This document shows, in pieces, positions 10,913-22,239 of a stretch of DNA of 33,000 nt. How positions within the stretch are numbered: position 1 is the stretch's first letter; the number at the start of each line of letters is the position of its first letter. Source of the DNA: Dicyema japonicum (lineage: Eukaryota; Animalia; Dicyemida); contig RDEW01000003.1 of NCBI GenBank assembly GCA_011109175.1, forward strand, positions 341,001-374,000. Reading direction: 5' to 3'. The translations under genes and the position numbers were made by a program. Under the pieces are notes generated by a model. It saw only the letters and a list, made by a program, of their open reading frames with translations. It was not told the DNA's origin and searched no databases.

Positions 10913-12287
10913 ATGTCGATAGATCATCTTGAAAAGACATTACAGGAGACTGAAGAGCAAGTAAATAAGAAGTAATCGTATAGAAGCTGTCAGTAGTCCT
11001 GTCTATGAAAGATTCAGGTTGCAACTTGTCAGATCTCGAACAAGACTTAGAAGAGCTCATTTCCATCACAAAAGGTACTTTGCCTTTTAATTCAGATCAA
11101 ATTTCCCGCATAAAAATCAAACCAAAAGTAACATGGGAGTATTCTGTTTTCGTTACTCTCGACAACCTTGACTCCATACGAACAAACTGCATAGTCCTCA
11201 GCGACAATGGATTATTTGTAAAGGTTTCATATTAGTTCTTAGTGTCACGTGCTTCTGTGTACTCCATTTGAAGAGGCACAAATTCCTTGCTCGGACTTCT
11301 TGGAAGACAAATGTAATCTCAAAGACTGCAGGTCTGGAATGATTTGTAGTTTATTTAGATTCAGTCACGGAATTTGTGTACCTAAAGCGGATTTGCTACC
11401 TGTTTTGACATTCCTTGCGGAGTTTTGCTTGATTGTAACCACTAGAGACTTTTATGTCGGATCCACATGTCTCTTTAAGGAAGGAGAGCTCTGGAGAGTC
11501 GGGACTGTTGAAAATTTGGCTTTGGATGGGCTGTCCTGTCAATTAACTACAGGAGACCTACCAATAACTGTCTTGGTGGATAATCTGTCTCCAACTGGTA
11601 TATTCATTTGGTATACCCCCAGAAATAAAACGTCACAGCACGGAATTTCACTTCCTTGGTAAAAACAAACACCCTGAAAGAGATATTCCTCCAAATATAA
11701 CAAAAGAGTCTAAAAGTCCTCGAAAATTTGAGAATAAGCACCTCAAAAATCGGAAGGGTCAGTTTGGGAAGCCTAGGAGCGGCTCTGATAAGAAATTTAG
11801 TCGCTCACGTGCTCCGAGTCCTGAGTTTGGAGATTGGGAGAAGTACACAAAGGGGATAGGACTGAAACTGCTGAAACAGATGGGATATTCTGGGAGGGGG
11901 TTGGGAAAAATGGAGGATGGGGGTGTTGAACCCGTGGCAGTGACCGTCTCCAAGAAGCAGAAGTCCTTCAAACTTCCGAAAAAGAAAGAGATCTCAACTA
12001 ACGGCAATGAACAGCCTCCTGAGTCTCTGCGAGCGATCTCAGGTCACATGAAGTCCCTGAGAATTCAGTTGGCTAACGTTGATAGGAGAATCACTGTTCT
12101 TAGCGATAAAGCCGGGATTTTGAGGAAGATGATTGAACGTAATGAGATGGTTAATGTAAGCTGTGATGGTCTTCATGAGACTTTGAATGTGGTGATTAGT
12201 GATTTGGCAGATAAGAATAAGCATAAACACAAACTTTGTCGCATCATTGAGAGCAAACAGATTAAACACAAAATGCTGAATTTCTAA
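10913..12287 (+). CDS. ZGPAT: Zinc finger CCCH and G-patch domain protein; inferred introns 10961-10983, 11075-11095, 11218-11242, 11332-11358, 11422-11445, 11598-11622
   Basis: Spliced product: MSIDHLEKTLQETEEQ|KL...LEQDLEELISIT (N-terminal helix); CCCH finger PCSDFLEDKCNLKDCR|FSHG; Tudor-like GSTCLFKEGELW; G-patch FGDWEKYTKGIGLKLLKQMGYSGRGLGK; C-terminal coiled coil ending KMLNF. Confidence 0.92.
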
Positions 12288-12719
12288 TTTAGATTTTTTA
12301 TTTTTGTAAATTTTTGTTTATTTTTTTGTTTGAAACTTTAGAATAGTGGTGGCTATTGTTTGGATCAGTACGGGATTTATGAACTCAAGGTGTGTTGTAC
12401 CAGTTCTGACGTTCAGGACGTCTTCAAACGCATTAGCCGCGATATAGCAGTCATAAGTGATGGGTCAATTCAGATGGTTTAGGGTTTGAATCTTTGCTGT
12501 CCATTCCGGCTGAAGGCTACATGGATCTACAATGCTTTTTTTATTGACGTCACGTCATCAGCAGAGATTCATCACTGTGGAACCGGATTGTCTTTTGGAA
12601 CTCACATGCAATCAAAATAAATTAAGTTTAGAACACTCGTGATATCTTGGTCTCACTCCTACGATTAATTAGCATTTCCTTCTTAAATAACCACGCGTCT
12701 TGCTTAAGAGGAAGTTTAA

Positions 12720-12995
12720 GAAATAGAAACATCCGGGTGGGAGAGATTGTAATAAAGAATAAAATGGCTATTATTGCCGCTATTAGCCGTTAGTTAGATA
12801 CCCACGCCTTTTGCTCTTTGTTTTCTTCAATTCCTAAGAGATGTCATGTGGTCCACCGATGCAAGCAGACCCTCAGTGCCTGACTGGCATGCAAAAAGGA
12901 TCTCACTCTTCCCTACTCCACTGGAGGGCGGATGTGTCTCACTTTGACCGTGTGAACTGTGATCACTTAGTTGATGACTTTCTTTAACCTGGTGA
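12720..12995 (+). pseudogene. Putative endogenous viral element: L gene fragment (LP.xGG / DHL region)
   Basis: TLPYSTGG (12905-12928) then CDHLVDDF; nucleotide-homologous to 29280-29323 (LPNSTGGVP). Confidence 0.55.
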
Positions 12996-13029
12996 TCCTA
13001 AGGCAATAAATTAATAGAATAGTAACCAT

Positions 13030-13270
13030 ATTACCTATAGCCCACCCAGGACACACACTTTTAGTAAAAAACAGTTATGAAAATAATCGTACAGAATGTT
13101 CTTCACTTTTTTTGTCGCCTGTGTGTCTTTAATAGACGATATGGTTCGGCAGTAAAATGTTGACTGATGACGGCGTCACTCGACAAGCCAAAGCATCGTA
13201 GATGGGTGTACAGCAGCGAGATTCTAGCCAGCGGCCACCAGCCTTTTTGCTCGGCAATCGTTGCACTGAG
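13030..13270 (-). mobile_element. Diverged SINE family 1 relative
   Basis: Shares actgatgacggcgtcactcg...agcatcgtagatg...acagcagcgag and caggacacacacttt with 10190-10489. Confidence 0.75.
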
Positions 13271-13429
13271 GAAAGTGATAAACAATCAATGATGACAATG
13301 CCTATATTGGAACAGATCAATAATGAAAATAAAATTATGTTGGAATTATAAGAAAATGCTTATAAAACTTAATTGTTGGTAATTTAGAGAATTCCCGTGT
13401 TATCCATAAGCATATGAATCCATAAGCAC

Positions 13430-13650
13430 TTAGGGTTCTGTTTGCTCTCTATTATCCGTTCTACCAGTTTTCTTCATGCAACTTTCCTCTTCGCTCGCTT
13501 CCGCAAGTCATCTAGGTCGTCCAATGTTCCCAATTTTCCACCAACATGGGCATAATCTTGACCAAGACAGGATTGGAAGCATAGTTCTCTGCCATCCACG
13601 AAATCCCCTAGTTACATTTTGATTGAAAAAAATCTTCCATAATATGGTCA
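13430..13650 (-). pseudogene. Putative endogenous viral element: L pre-motif-A fragment
   Basis: YGRFFSI (13624-13638) followed, after a shift, by WMAENYASNPVLVKIMP, resembling GRFF...E..I...ILP. Confidence 0.5.
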
Positions 13651-13664
13651 CATGGTGTCACCAT

Positions 13665-13795
13665 AGGGTAAAACCAAACTAACAAATTCCTTGATTCTGA
13701 TGCGTGTCAACAGAACTTTCACCCAAGCACAGTGATCCAATGGACGTTGTCGATCGAGCTGAGGTCGATTCCAGAACTCGTCGCAAGGGAAAAAA
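13665..13795 (+). repeat. Coding-like repeat of unassigned origin (second copy at 32882-33000)
   Basis: KLTNSLILM...HP.TVIQ.TLS.ELRSI.ELVAR is conserved between the two copies, with many synonymous third-position differences. Confidence 0.7.
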
Positions 13796-14434
13796 TGTTT
13801 CCCTGTGGAATGAATGGATGGATCCTTTTGAATGCCGGCGTCTCCTGAGTAAGGTGGATCCAATAACGCCTCCAGAGAAAAGGAAAAGCATCTGGAACAC
13901 AAAAATCAAATTACTACTTATCTTCATCAATTTTTGGCGACTCTGCTATTTCCCGTAAGCTATCAAGGTCCTCCCAGTCACTGAGGTGTCTCCCAATTTT
14001 TATAGTCTTCTCATCAAGGACGGTCGGTAAGGTTGTACTTAGTCGACCAAGGAAATAGAGGTGTACAGAACGAAGTAGGCCTTCATACTATGTTCCGGGG
14101 GTACCCAGGACCAGACGAAGTATATCTCCAAACAGCCTCCAGGATCTTCCCGTCAATGAACGTCAAGAGAGAGAAGTCTTGTCCTTGAAATCTGCTTTTT
14201 CCAGATATAGAGCCCAAGGGTTACGTAACCAAATCAACCAAGGTTTTTTTATAACATTTAAAATTTATTTATAATTTCGGTAACAGCCACTCGATCATAT
14301 CCGCTGGACTCAGTAATTAACTACTCATGTTTCCTAATAATAAATTAAAAAAAAAAAAATTTCTGTATGAATTAAAAATTTAAATAAAATATATCATATT
14401 TTATTACCCAGTTTCTCGTGTGTTTCTATTAGTT

Positions 14435-15000
14435 ACAGGCATATCAAAATGACATTTCAAGTTCAAATTGTAACGACTCTGGCACAGTATGTGAATCTGG
14501 AACGACGTCTATGAACTTGAAGACCGATATACGATCAATGGTTACTTTATTGGCCTGAAAACCCTTATAACAATTGGGGAATTCTCATCCGCTACAGCCA
14601 AACTTAATATGTGGGAGAAACCACCTCCAAGACTAGACAATCCAAATTTAACGGACAACACTTCCATTTGGGAGAAAGTCAGAACTGAAGTGCCAAAATG
14701 GAAGTGTTTTATAGATAGAAACTGTGAACCGTTATTGGAGAGCAGTGGCCAAGAAGGGCTTTAATCAAAAGGCTGTATTTCTTCTAAAATCCTCGAAGAT
14801 TGCTAGAAACTCATGTTCTAAGTATGAAGATTACTTCACGTCTGCATTTACTAAAAATACCTAGGTTGACCATGAATGATCTCCCGACTATCCTTAACGA
14901 TGATCTACTGAAGATAAATGAAATTCGTTGGAAACTCTCCATAAGAAAGCGCCAACAAAGGGGTGTCAGTTAAGTTAGGCTACGGTTGTCTCATTAACTT
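14435..15000 (+). pseudogene. Putative endogenous viral element: L RdRp core (motifs A, B and degenerate C)
   Basis: NDISSSN (motif A-like), FIGLKTL, KPPP, then SGQEGL+(1 nt)+NQKA at 14744-14774 (GGxEGLxQK, motif B) and LG-DHE at about 14861-14876 where QGDNQ is expected. The order is correct. Confidence 0.65.
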
Positions 15001-15379
15001 GTAGGATGACAGCGGTTATTAAGTAAGAGTGACTACAACCTCACGAGGGCGTGAAGGGAAAAATTTTTGTCGGGATATTGGTGACTATTATGGTTCTTCT
15101 TAAATTGTTAAACACTTTCCTTCAACAAAATCAGTATATTGTATTTCTAATTAGTCATTTGATGAAGCTTGTCGGAAATGGAACGGGTCCGGATTCAAAA
15201 TCCCTGAAGACACAACGAAGCGACGTAATTGGGATAACATTGTCTGCCCCAAAATTTTGGAAGACCTTAAAAGGAAGCAAATAAACGTCGTCTGGCTAGT
15301 TTGGTGTCAGTTTCAAGTGGAGGGAGTTGAGCATAGGGACTTTTTTGGACGACGAATCTTTGAGGATTGGAATCGGACA

Positions 15380-15960
15380 AAGGCTAGGACTAGACGTTTG
15401 CCAGGAGCACCGATGCCGATGTGGGAAATAGCCGATGCGAAGGGATTGCACCCGCTGTACTGCAGAAGAAGCGCCGTAAGAGGACCACGTCACGCTACTC
15501 TGAACAATGTGATCGTCAGAGCTCTGAAGGCTACAGGCTCCCCATCACAGCTTGAACCTGTGGGTCTAGATCGGGGAGATGGAAGAGACCTGACGGGATG
15601 ACCCTTTTCCCTTACACATCCGGAAGATCTTTGGTCTGGGTCGGAACTTGTGTTGACACATATTCAAGCACGAACCTCCTTAAATCGGTTCAGACACCTG
15701 GAGCAGCTGCATCAATTACGGAAAACCTAAAAATCAAGAAATATTCTTGCCTCGGGGACCGGTATCGATTTACTCTAGTTGCGGTCAAGTCATCGGTATC
15801 GTCCGTTGGTCCAATGACGGGTGAGTTCTTGCGCGAACTTGGAGGAATGCTTGCCAAAAAAAGGGATCAATGCGAAAGGTTCTGGCTGAGATAAAGGATC
15901 TGAGTGGCCATACTCATAGGGAACTCATTTACGATCCACGCAACAGGCCTCATCAATTAA
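15380..15960 (+). mobile_element. CRE-like non-LTR retrotransposon 3' end (zinc knuckle plus REL endonuclease), degenerate
   Basis: CRCG...GLHPLYC...RHATLNNVIVRAL...LEPVGLDRGDG...TLFPYTSGRSLVW..TCVDT...AA...E..KIKKY...GNS. Confidence 0.88.
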
Positions 15961-16139
15961 CATTTGTTTCTTTGTCAAAAAATTGTCTTAATATAAAAAA
16001 ATTGAGAAGTAAATACACCCGACCCTTGCAGATTGCCATATTTTGAAACTTTTTCTAAAAAAAATCCTATTCTCTTATAAATTGGCCACAATTTTTTTAA
16101 TTTAATTTTTAATACAAATTGTAAAAAAATAAGAATTGA

Positions 16140-17225
16140 CTTTAAAGGACAAAGACGTATTCGATGAGAGGATCAGAAGGTTTTCTAATTTCTTCAATAA
16201 GAAAGTACAAAACACCGGAATCATTTTATTTTGAGCTCTATTGAGCGAAATCTTAATCACTTTATGGCTGATATGACTCCTCATCTTCTTTTCCGACGAT
16301 GTCATGGGGCGTTGGATTTCTAAACGTTACAGGTTTTGTTTCCGTTTCCCCAAAAACTTGGACAGTAATCTTCTGCCTTGAAGAGGGATTATTGAAACAT
16401 CAGATTATTCATTCTCCAATATTCAACTTTCCATAAATGAAAAATGATGTTTCAGTTTTCCTGTTGGCTTCTTAGCTTCTGAAGGATGGTCCCCCAAGTT
16501 CTTTCAATTTTGGATCGTGTACGGGATGTGAACCCAAATCCTAAGTACATCATGCACTCCCTTTGTTTTAAACTTCGGGTTTCCGATGTCTCCTGATTCT
16601 ATCACGAGGAGACTGATTCCATCACGACCACTTAGAAGTATACCGGATATCTACCAGCCTGTTCTCTCCCAGCACACTAAATGCCTGATTCGCACGAGAC
16701 TTGGAACGATACAAGCTATCCATGTGTTGCCTACATAAGACGATAATAGCAGACAATGGAACAGATTGGAAATTACTGTCTAAAAATTGGAAAATACCCT
16801 CCAACAACCTGTCGTCACTATGGAGTTGGATTTTCCAGCAATAGGAAAGCTTGGAAGAGGACGTGTAGAAGGATACTGAACGTGGCACAAGGAGAACTTA
16901 ATTATGTTTTGCTCCGAGTCTGACTCTCCAGGCAATCCTATTTGAACAACGACAAACTTTGTGAGGGCGGACAACTTACAAAACAGCCTCCTCTATTACA
17001 TTTACCTCAAAAATCACCTGAGATAAGAAAAGACTCCCAGCGTGTTATGGATAGCGGTTCAAGATGTCCGTCCCCGCTGGTTCCAGCCTCCCCCTGTCGG
17101 TCTGAGATCACTTTGTTGGATGGGAGATTCTTCTCTTTCAACCCAGCGATCCTAGGGGAATAATAAATACTCTGTTGCTTCCATGACTTAGTATTTCAAA
17201 CTCCCAACTTTGAGTGAACGTGGGG
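16140..17225 (+). pseudogene. Shuffled mosaic of three putative L-gene segments
   Basis: (i) about 16140-16400: LSEIL...TMSWGVGFLNVTGFV (start of the capping domain). (ii) 16470-16620: LNFGFPMSPDSI. (iii) 16650-17225: W...SYPCV, YCLKIGKYP, YLNNDKLC, EITLLDGRFFSF (17119-17139), YFKLPTL (block I to pre-motif A). Confidence 0.65.
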
Positions 17226-17278
17226 GATATTTTATTTGAAATCAAGTTAATGAATGTTAGTTATTCTACCAAATTAGA

Positions 17279-19557
17279 TTATGCTGATTTAGTCATTAAA
17301 AGAATTCTTTTCGTCTGGTTTTCTTTGATGAGAGTCTCCTTGAGCTTCCGAATAATAATTCCCATGCTTTTGGCTACGTTCAAGTAGTAGACCAGCACCA
17401 GTCTTAAAATATTTGAACAAAATACAGCAAAATTATCAAAACGAGAAGAACGACTGATGTCGATACTGAAAAATTCAAAAAAAAAAAAAATCATGATTTA
17501 TAGACTGAAGTCTCGTCGACAAGCTTCCAAACATGGTCGAATACTCCCTGAAGGGACCACACGCTTTCGACGTCGTTTGGCTTAATACATAACACAACCG
17601 TACCTAAACATAATGTAAGTTATGGGGATCGACAAAATGAGGTACATCCCAAGAAGAAACTTGAGAAATAGTCCGGTGATGTTTGTGGATAAGTACGCCT
17701 TGTTCTGAGGTATGGTTACGTAATATATGGATATCTAAGAATCACCCGTCTTCGCTACAAGTTTTAGGTAAAACGTGATTAAATATTTTATCGTGCAGAT
17801 TACGGAAAATAACGGAGAAAAGCAAGCCCCAATCCTAAAATAGTTGTATTTCAGCAACCATGCGATAGTTTGGTTGTATATTAGGTCCAACACGTTTTTG
17901 AGGATCGAGAACTGAGGGGGTCCAATTAGCCTTCCACAGCAGCATCTATGACTATTTTATTTGTGACTTTTTAGCGGCTCCACGACTGTCGTCATTAGCA
18001 AAGAGACTATAAAGTCCATAATTAAGAGTTTGTATAATTCCTTAGCAACGTACGTCTCCCAGCACTAAAGTTATCCCCCAACAGTCACAGGTATCGATGA
18101 GCAGCTGCCCGTGCTAATGTAGCATGAATCCTTCGGCTGGCACGTGACCTGAGTAAACAAGGTGTAAATCAAGATTGAAAACGAAGCAAGTTTTATAACG
18201 ATGGTTCTACCAGTTAGCCAAAAAAAACCTCACTAACACCACATTCAGTTCAGTCCTCGCCATGTAATCCTCCCAAACCACGACCATTTCTACGACAATC
18301 GGAATGATCATGTTGAGTACAACTAAGGTTAGGGACGGGGCGTAATTGATGAACAGCTTGAAGTGGGAGTTGTCGAAGTGGTAGTTTCCCGTCGTGGTCA
18401 CGTATAATGAATATGTGTAGACGTAATAAATGGCGTACCCACTGGACCCAAGAAGTCCAATGATGAGCAAATTGAAAAAGATCCGTTTAAAGTAGAGGAT
18501 TAGTTTCTGGCAAATACTCCTGTTTTGGCGCCTCAGTTTATCCTTGCTTGCGTTGAGGGTCGTCAAAATGTCCTGAGTTATCGTCTTCTTTAAGTTTCTG
18601 TTGACGTTTTCGTTCGTCTGAATCAAGTCTTTCCCCCCGTAAATGTACCCCGAAAACACGTTTTGCCCGATTTGATTGGATTTTTCAATAATAATGCTTT
18701 TGAATGAATAATTCACACTGTTTTTACAGAACTGAGAAACCTCTGAGAAATAAATATCAGACTGATGAAAATACGTCGAAAGTGTGATGAAATACGCGAT
18801 TGATAGGTCATACGTGAAGTTAATGCCCAAAAGACTGCTCAAGTCACTGTTAATCCCCTTGTAATAGCCGTAGAACAACCCCGACTGTTCGAGCCACCCC
18901 TTAAATTCATATTGTAGACATACTGTGCCTTGAATGAAATCCTGCAACAACGAGACAGCGTCATATGTGACATTGACGACATACCGAGAGCTGCAAATCC
19001 GCGAAAGGTTGAAGGCGGCAGTCTCACTCCCAGTAATGTTGGCTGTAAAAGGATCGTAGTTCGAATAGAGGACGGTATCGGGCAGGAAAATAAATATTAT
19101 GCTGATCAGGGAAGCCAGGAGATTAAGGAGGAACAAAAACTTTAAAAAGACAAAATATGAACGAATCCCAAATCCAAAGTTCACTAAATTACCTCAAACA
19201 CGGACTTGAGATTTTTCTGATTGACCCCGAAAAAATGGAAAACCACCGTGTAAAGTTGTGGTTTGAAGCTTTTTTCAACTTCTAAACATTATTTTGAATT
19301 AAAAAAACATTTTTGTATTTTGATTTGTCCTTATTCAGGGTGATTAGCTTGTCGGCGACCATTTTGGTCCCTAAACTTTGAATCCCACAAAGCAACAGCA
19401 CAGCCTTTTTGACATCAATGGGATAGAAGAGTTCCTTTATGAACTTCAGGGGGTCCTCTTCATCTGATTTGCCCAACTGTTCAGATATTTTGATATTCAG
19501 CGACACCTCCTCGACGAGTTCATTGATTTTTGAAGGATCTATTTTTCCCTCTCCCAT
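17279..19557 (-). CDS. TMC: Transmembrane channel-like (TMC) protein, TMC4-8/TMC7-like; 12 inferred introns of 21-27 nt; three apparent homopolymer frameshifts
   Basis: TMC signatures after splicing: NFGFGIRSYFVFLKFL, GT|GWLEQSGLFYGYY, CWETYVAKELYKL, FSILKNVLDLIYNQTIAW|IGACFSP, SKACGPF. Introns: 19376-19396 (uncertain), 19282-19308, 19184-19205, 18900-18923, 18718-18740, 18207-18228, 18065-18088, 17946-17967, 17835-17858, 17735-17758, 17581-17603, 17403-17425. Confidence 0.93.
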
Positions 19558-19889
19558 ATTAGACGGAAGTATTTTGTTGAATAAACTGAAATTTTAGAAA
19601 ATCTCAAATTGCAAGAATTAAAGCAATTAAAATTCGGTATACTTTTTTATTGCCATTATGAAAGTATAAAACACGCAAATATGTATTCAAATATATAAAT
19701 CAATTTTACAATCTCCTAGGAAATTTGAATGAAATTCGATGGATTTTATATTTAGAATGGTTTCAATCGATCGTCACTGTTATAGTGATTTATTAAAAAA
19801 TTACCGATTTCCGCAAAATAATGCCAATCCATTAAATTTTAAGAAAATTTAAACTGATTTATTTAAAATCAATTAAAATATTAGCTATC

Positions 19890-20260
19890 ACACGTGCACC
19901 TCTGACAGATGATTCTCCAAGTTATTTCAATTTCGAGTCAGCTAAGATTCGAACCGACGTGCATCCAACACTTTCTTCGATCGAAAGTTTGGGTTTCCGA
20001 TGTCTCCCGAGTCAGTGATCGAGCCTATGCTCACGAGAAGGAAGACAGGGGGTTTCATTCATCATGGAGCTAAATAGACATTTCGTACAAAAGAACTACG
20101 TCACTACTTCAACCAACCACTTAACCACTTGGTTAATAGTTTCTAAAAATGTTTGGAAAATTCCATACAAATTCATCAGAATCTCTGGACTTCAGTGCCG
20201 AGATACTAAGGGTAACCAGATCGAGCTGGTCTAGAATCATTCTGATGATGTTTTAAGACT
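19890..20260 (+). pseudogene. Putative endogenous viral element: L post-RdRp fragment
   Basis: KFGFPMSPESVIEPMLTRRKTGGFIHH...FSAEILR; homologous to 5150-5420 with synonymous differences (gca/gcc, att/ata, ctg/cta). Confidence 0.65.
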
Positions 20261-21084
20261 ACAACGATCTATAATAATTTGATTTGATTTATTGATTAAA
20301 AAATATTATTTTTTTAATATTATTTAAAATTAATGGGAAATTCTTTAGAAACCATTTATTAATTCGTTATGTGGTCTATCAATTCAAAAGGATTTGGAAA
20401 CGCCCAGGGGCACCTAATGCCCACCAAAAAAGGACCGATCGACCCCATCCTCCTGGGGACATTCTCGTCCCCGGACGATGCATTTTGCGGAAGATCGAAC
20501 CTTCCCGGAGGAAATCCTCAGCCCATCGAAGAGAAAAACACTATAGACCTCAGGTACAGTAAACTTTTGGTACAGTTAAACAAAATTTAACTGGTATTAT
20601 TTTTTCGAGAAAATTACTTCGATCTTATCTCTATTATCTCGAAAAACCTTATCTCTATTACCATCGACTGAGATAATTATATTGTTCTTCTCCCCCTTAT
20701 CTCGAAAAACCTTACTCTTAACAATCTATATTATAAATGGCTAATTAGTTAAGTAACCCCGGCCTCACTAACTTGTGGGAGACCAACGGTTATCAAGTAG
20801 GACGCAGCAAATGTTGGTCGCTCAATGATTTTGTGATTTACTTATTTACCCTCGGTCTCTTTAAGTGAAGGAAACCGGTGGCTAACAAATTCGTAACTAT
20901 CAATGGCAGACGTTCCCAGAGATCCAAAAGGTTGATCCTGTGCTGAGAAAACTGTATAGAATTGTACCCGCAGACCCACCTTCTCTCCCTTGCCAAACAA
21001 CTATTCACTAGTTTGCCTGGTAGTGGCTACAGGACGACCACCAAGCTCGCGCTCCCAGTTCCTTCTATTTATTTAAACCAAGAA

Positions 21085-21545
21085 TCACCGACAAATTAAA
21101 AAAGAATACATGGCCGTAGGTGATCTCGGCCTTCTTAGGCAGCCATGCTCGGTATTCGTCCGAGAACCAACGCACTTAGGGAATTTCGGAGATGTCAATA
21201 GGGCTCCGGTTTCCCTTACAGGTTCCTCGAAAGAGGTTGGTCTTAGCTGCGAGGATAACCTTTGTAGAGCCCTAGTAACTGTTGCTTGAAAGACATTAAT
21301 CTTCAAATTCGTATTGGACATGTTTGTCCCCCATGCAGCACAGCCGCAACTGATTGTCGGTTGTATGTATTATGGAGTCAGTTCAACGTTGAGTTGAAGC
21401 AGCTTTTGTAGTTCCTCCTAAGCCAACTGCTCAGGTAGTCTAGTAAATCTCTGGTACCGCAGTCAAACACACCGGTCTCTTGCTACGATTATTATATCGT
21501 CAGCATATATGAGAACCAGAATGTCGTCGCTGATATGGGGGCATA
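21085..21545 (-). mobile_element. Degenerate LINE RT fragment
   Basis: ILVLIYADDIIIVA...YIQPTI...AWG; same type as 9085-9990, with deletions. Confidence 0.7.
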
Positions 21546-22239
21546 TCCCGATTTTATATTGAATTTGGATTTACAAGATATCCATCTTCCAATAATAATG
21601 ATTACGGCAAAGCCCAATAAACGTCAGATGGTTAGATGATCCCAGTTCCCGTAATCAATCGATCCATCCAACGCCTGTGCCTCCCATTGTTCCCACTACC
21701 GTAAGAAAGTACCTTCTCTCTGATGGAATTTTAGTGCAATTTAGGGAGTTGTTCCCCGTCTAAGTCTTAGGGTTGAAGACAACATGCACGTGACCCTCAG
21801 TAACAGACATCGTTAATCTTATAATAAATATGGAGCATGCAGGTTGAGGCGAGGCACAGAGTATCGGTGCTTATTGAGAATTTACAGCCGAACGTGCTTG
21901 TGTGGGTTCGAGGAAGAAACAGCGTGCCAAGTTGAGGTTTCTGTTGGAGCGTGCTGGGGTCACGTAAGTAGTTCTATTTTTACCGTGGTTTTTGGAATTG
22001 TTCATTTTTTCATAGCTGACACTCCAACATTTAGTTGATTAAAGTCACGTGTTGTGGTATAAATGCCCAAAATGGATATTTTAAAGATCGTTGAAAGTTT
22101 CTATCATCAAAGTCAAAGATGGGAGATAGTCTCGGATGAAAGTTTTATTTTTATTTTACTGATCTTTTACTTTTTAAACGTTTTTCATTGATCTTTTGAA
22201 ATTTTTTATGTCAACGACGAATATTTCTGTGTATCCCTC

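Noticed and set aside
13700-13800. TGA/TGG alternation suggesting a UGA=Trp genetic code
   Set aside because: It is seen only in the non-coding strand of a repeat; host genes use TGG for Trp and REC114 ends in TGA.
16500-16600. Minus-strand MYLGFGF read as an RT YLG motif
   Set aside because: It is not conserved across copies, and the codon-position pattern supports plus-strand L-like coding.
18839-19145. Short ORFs overlapping TMC (and similar ones overlapping BTG, ZGPAT and Snail)
   Set aside because: They are shadow or antisense frames of real genes with no independent support.
20369-20590. VVYQFK as the start of a Penelope GIY-YIG endonuclease
   Set aside because: No YIG, R or E motifs follow; evidence is insufficient.
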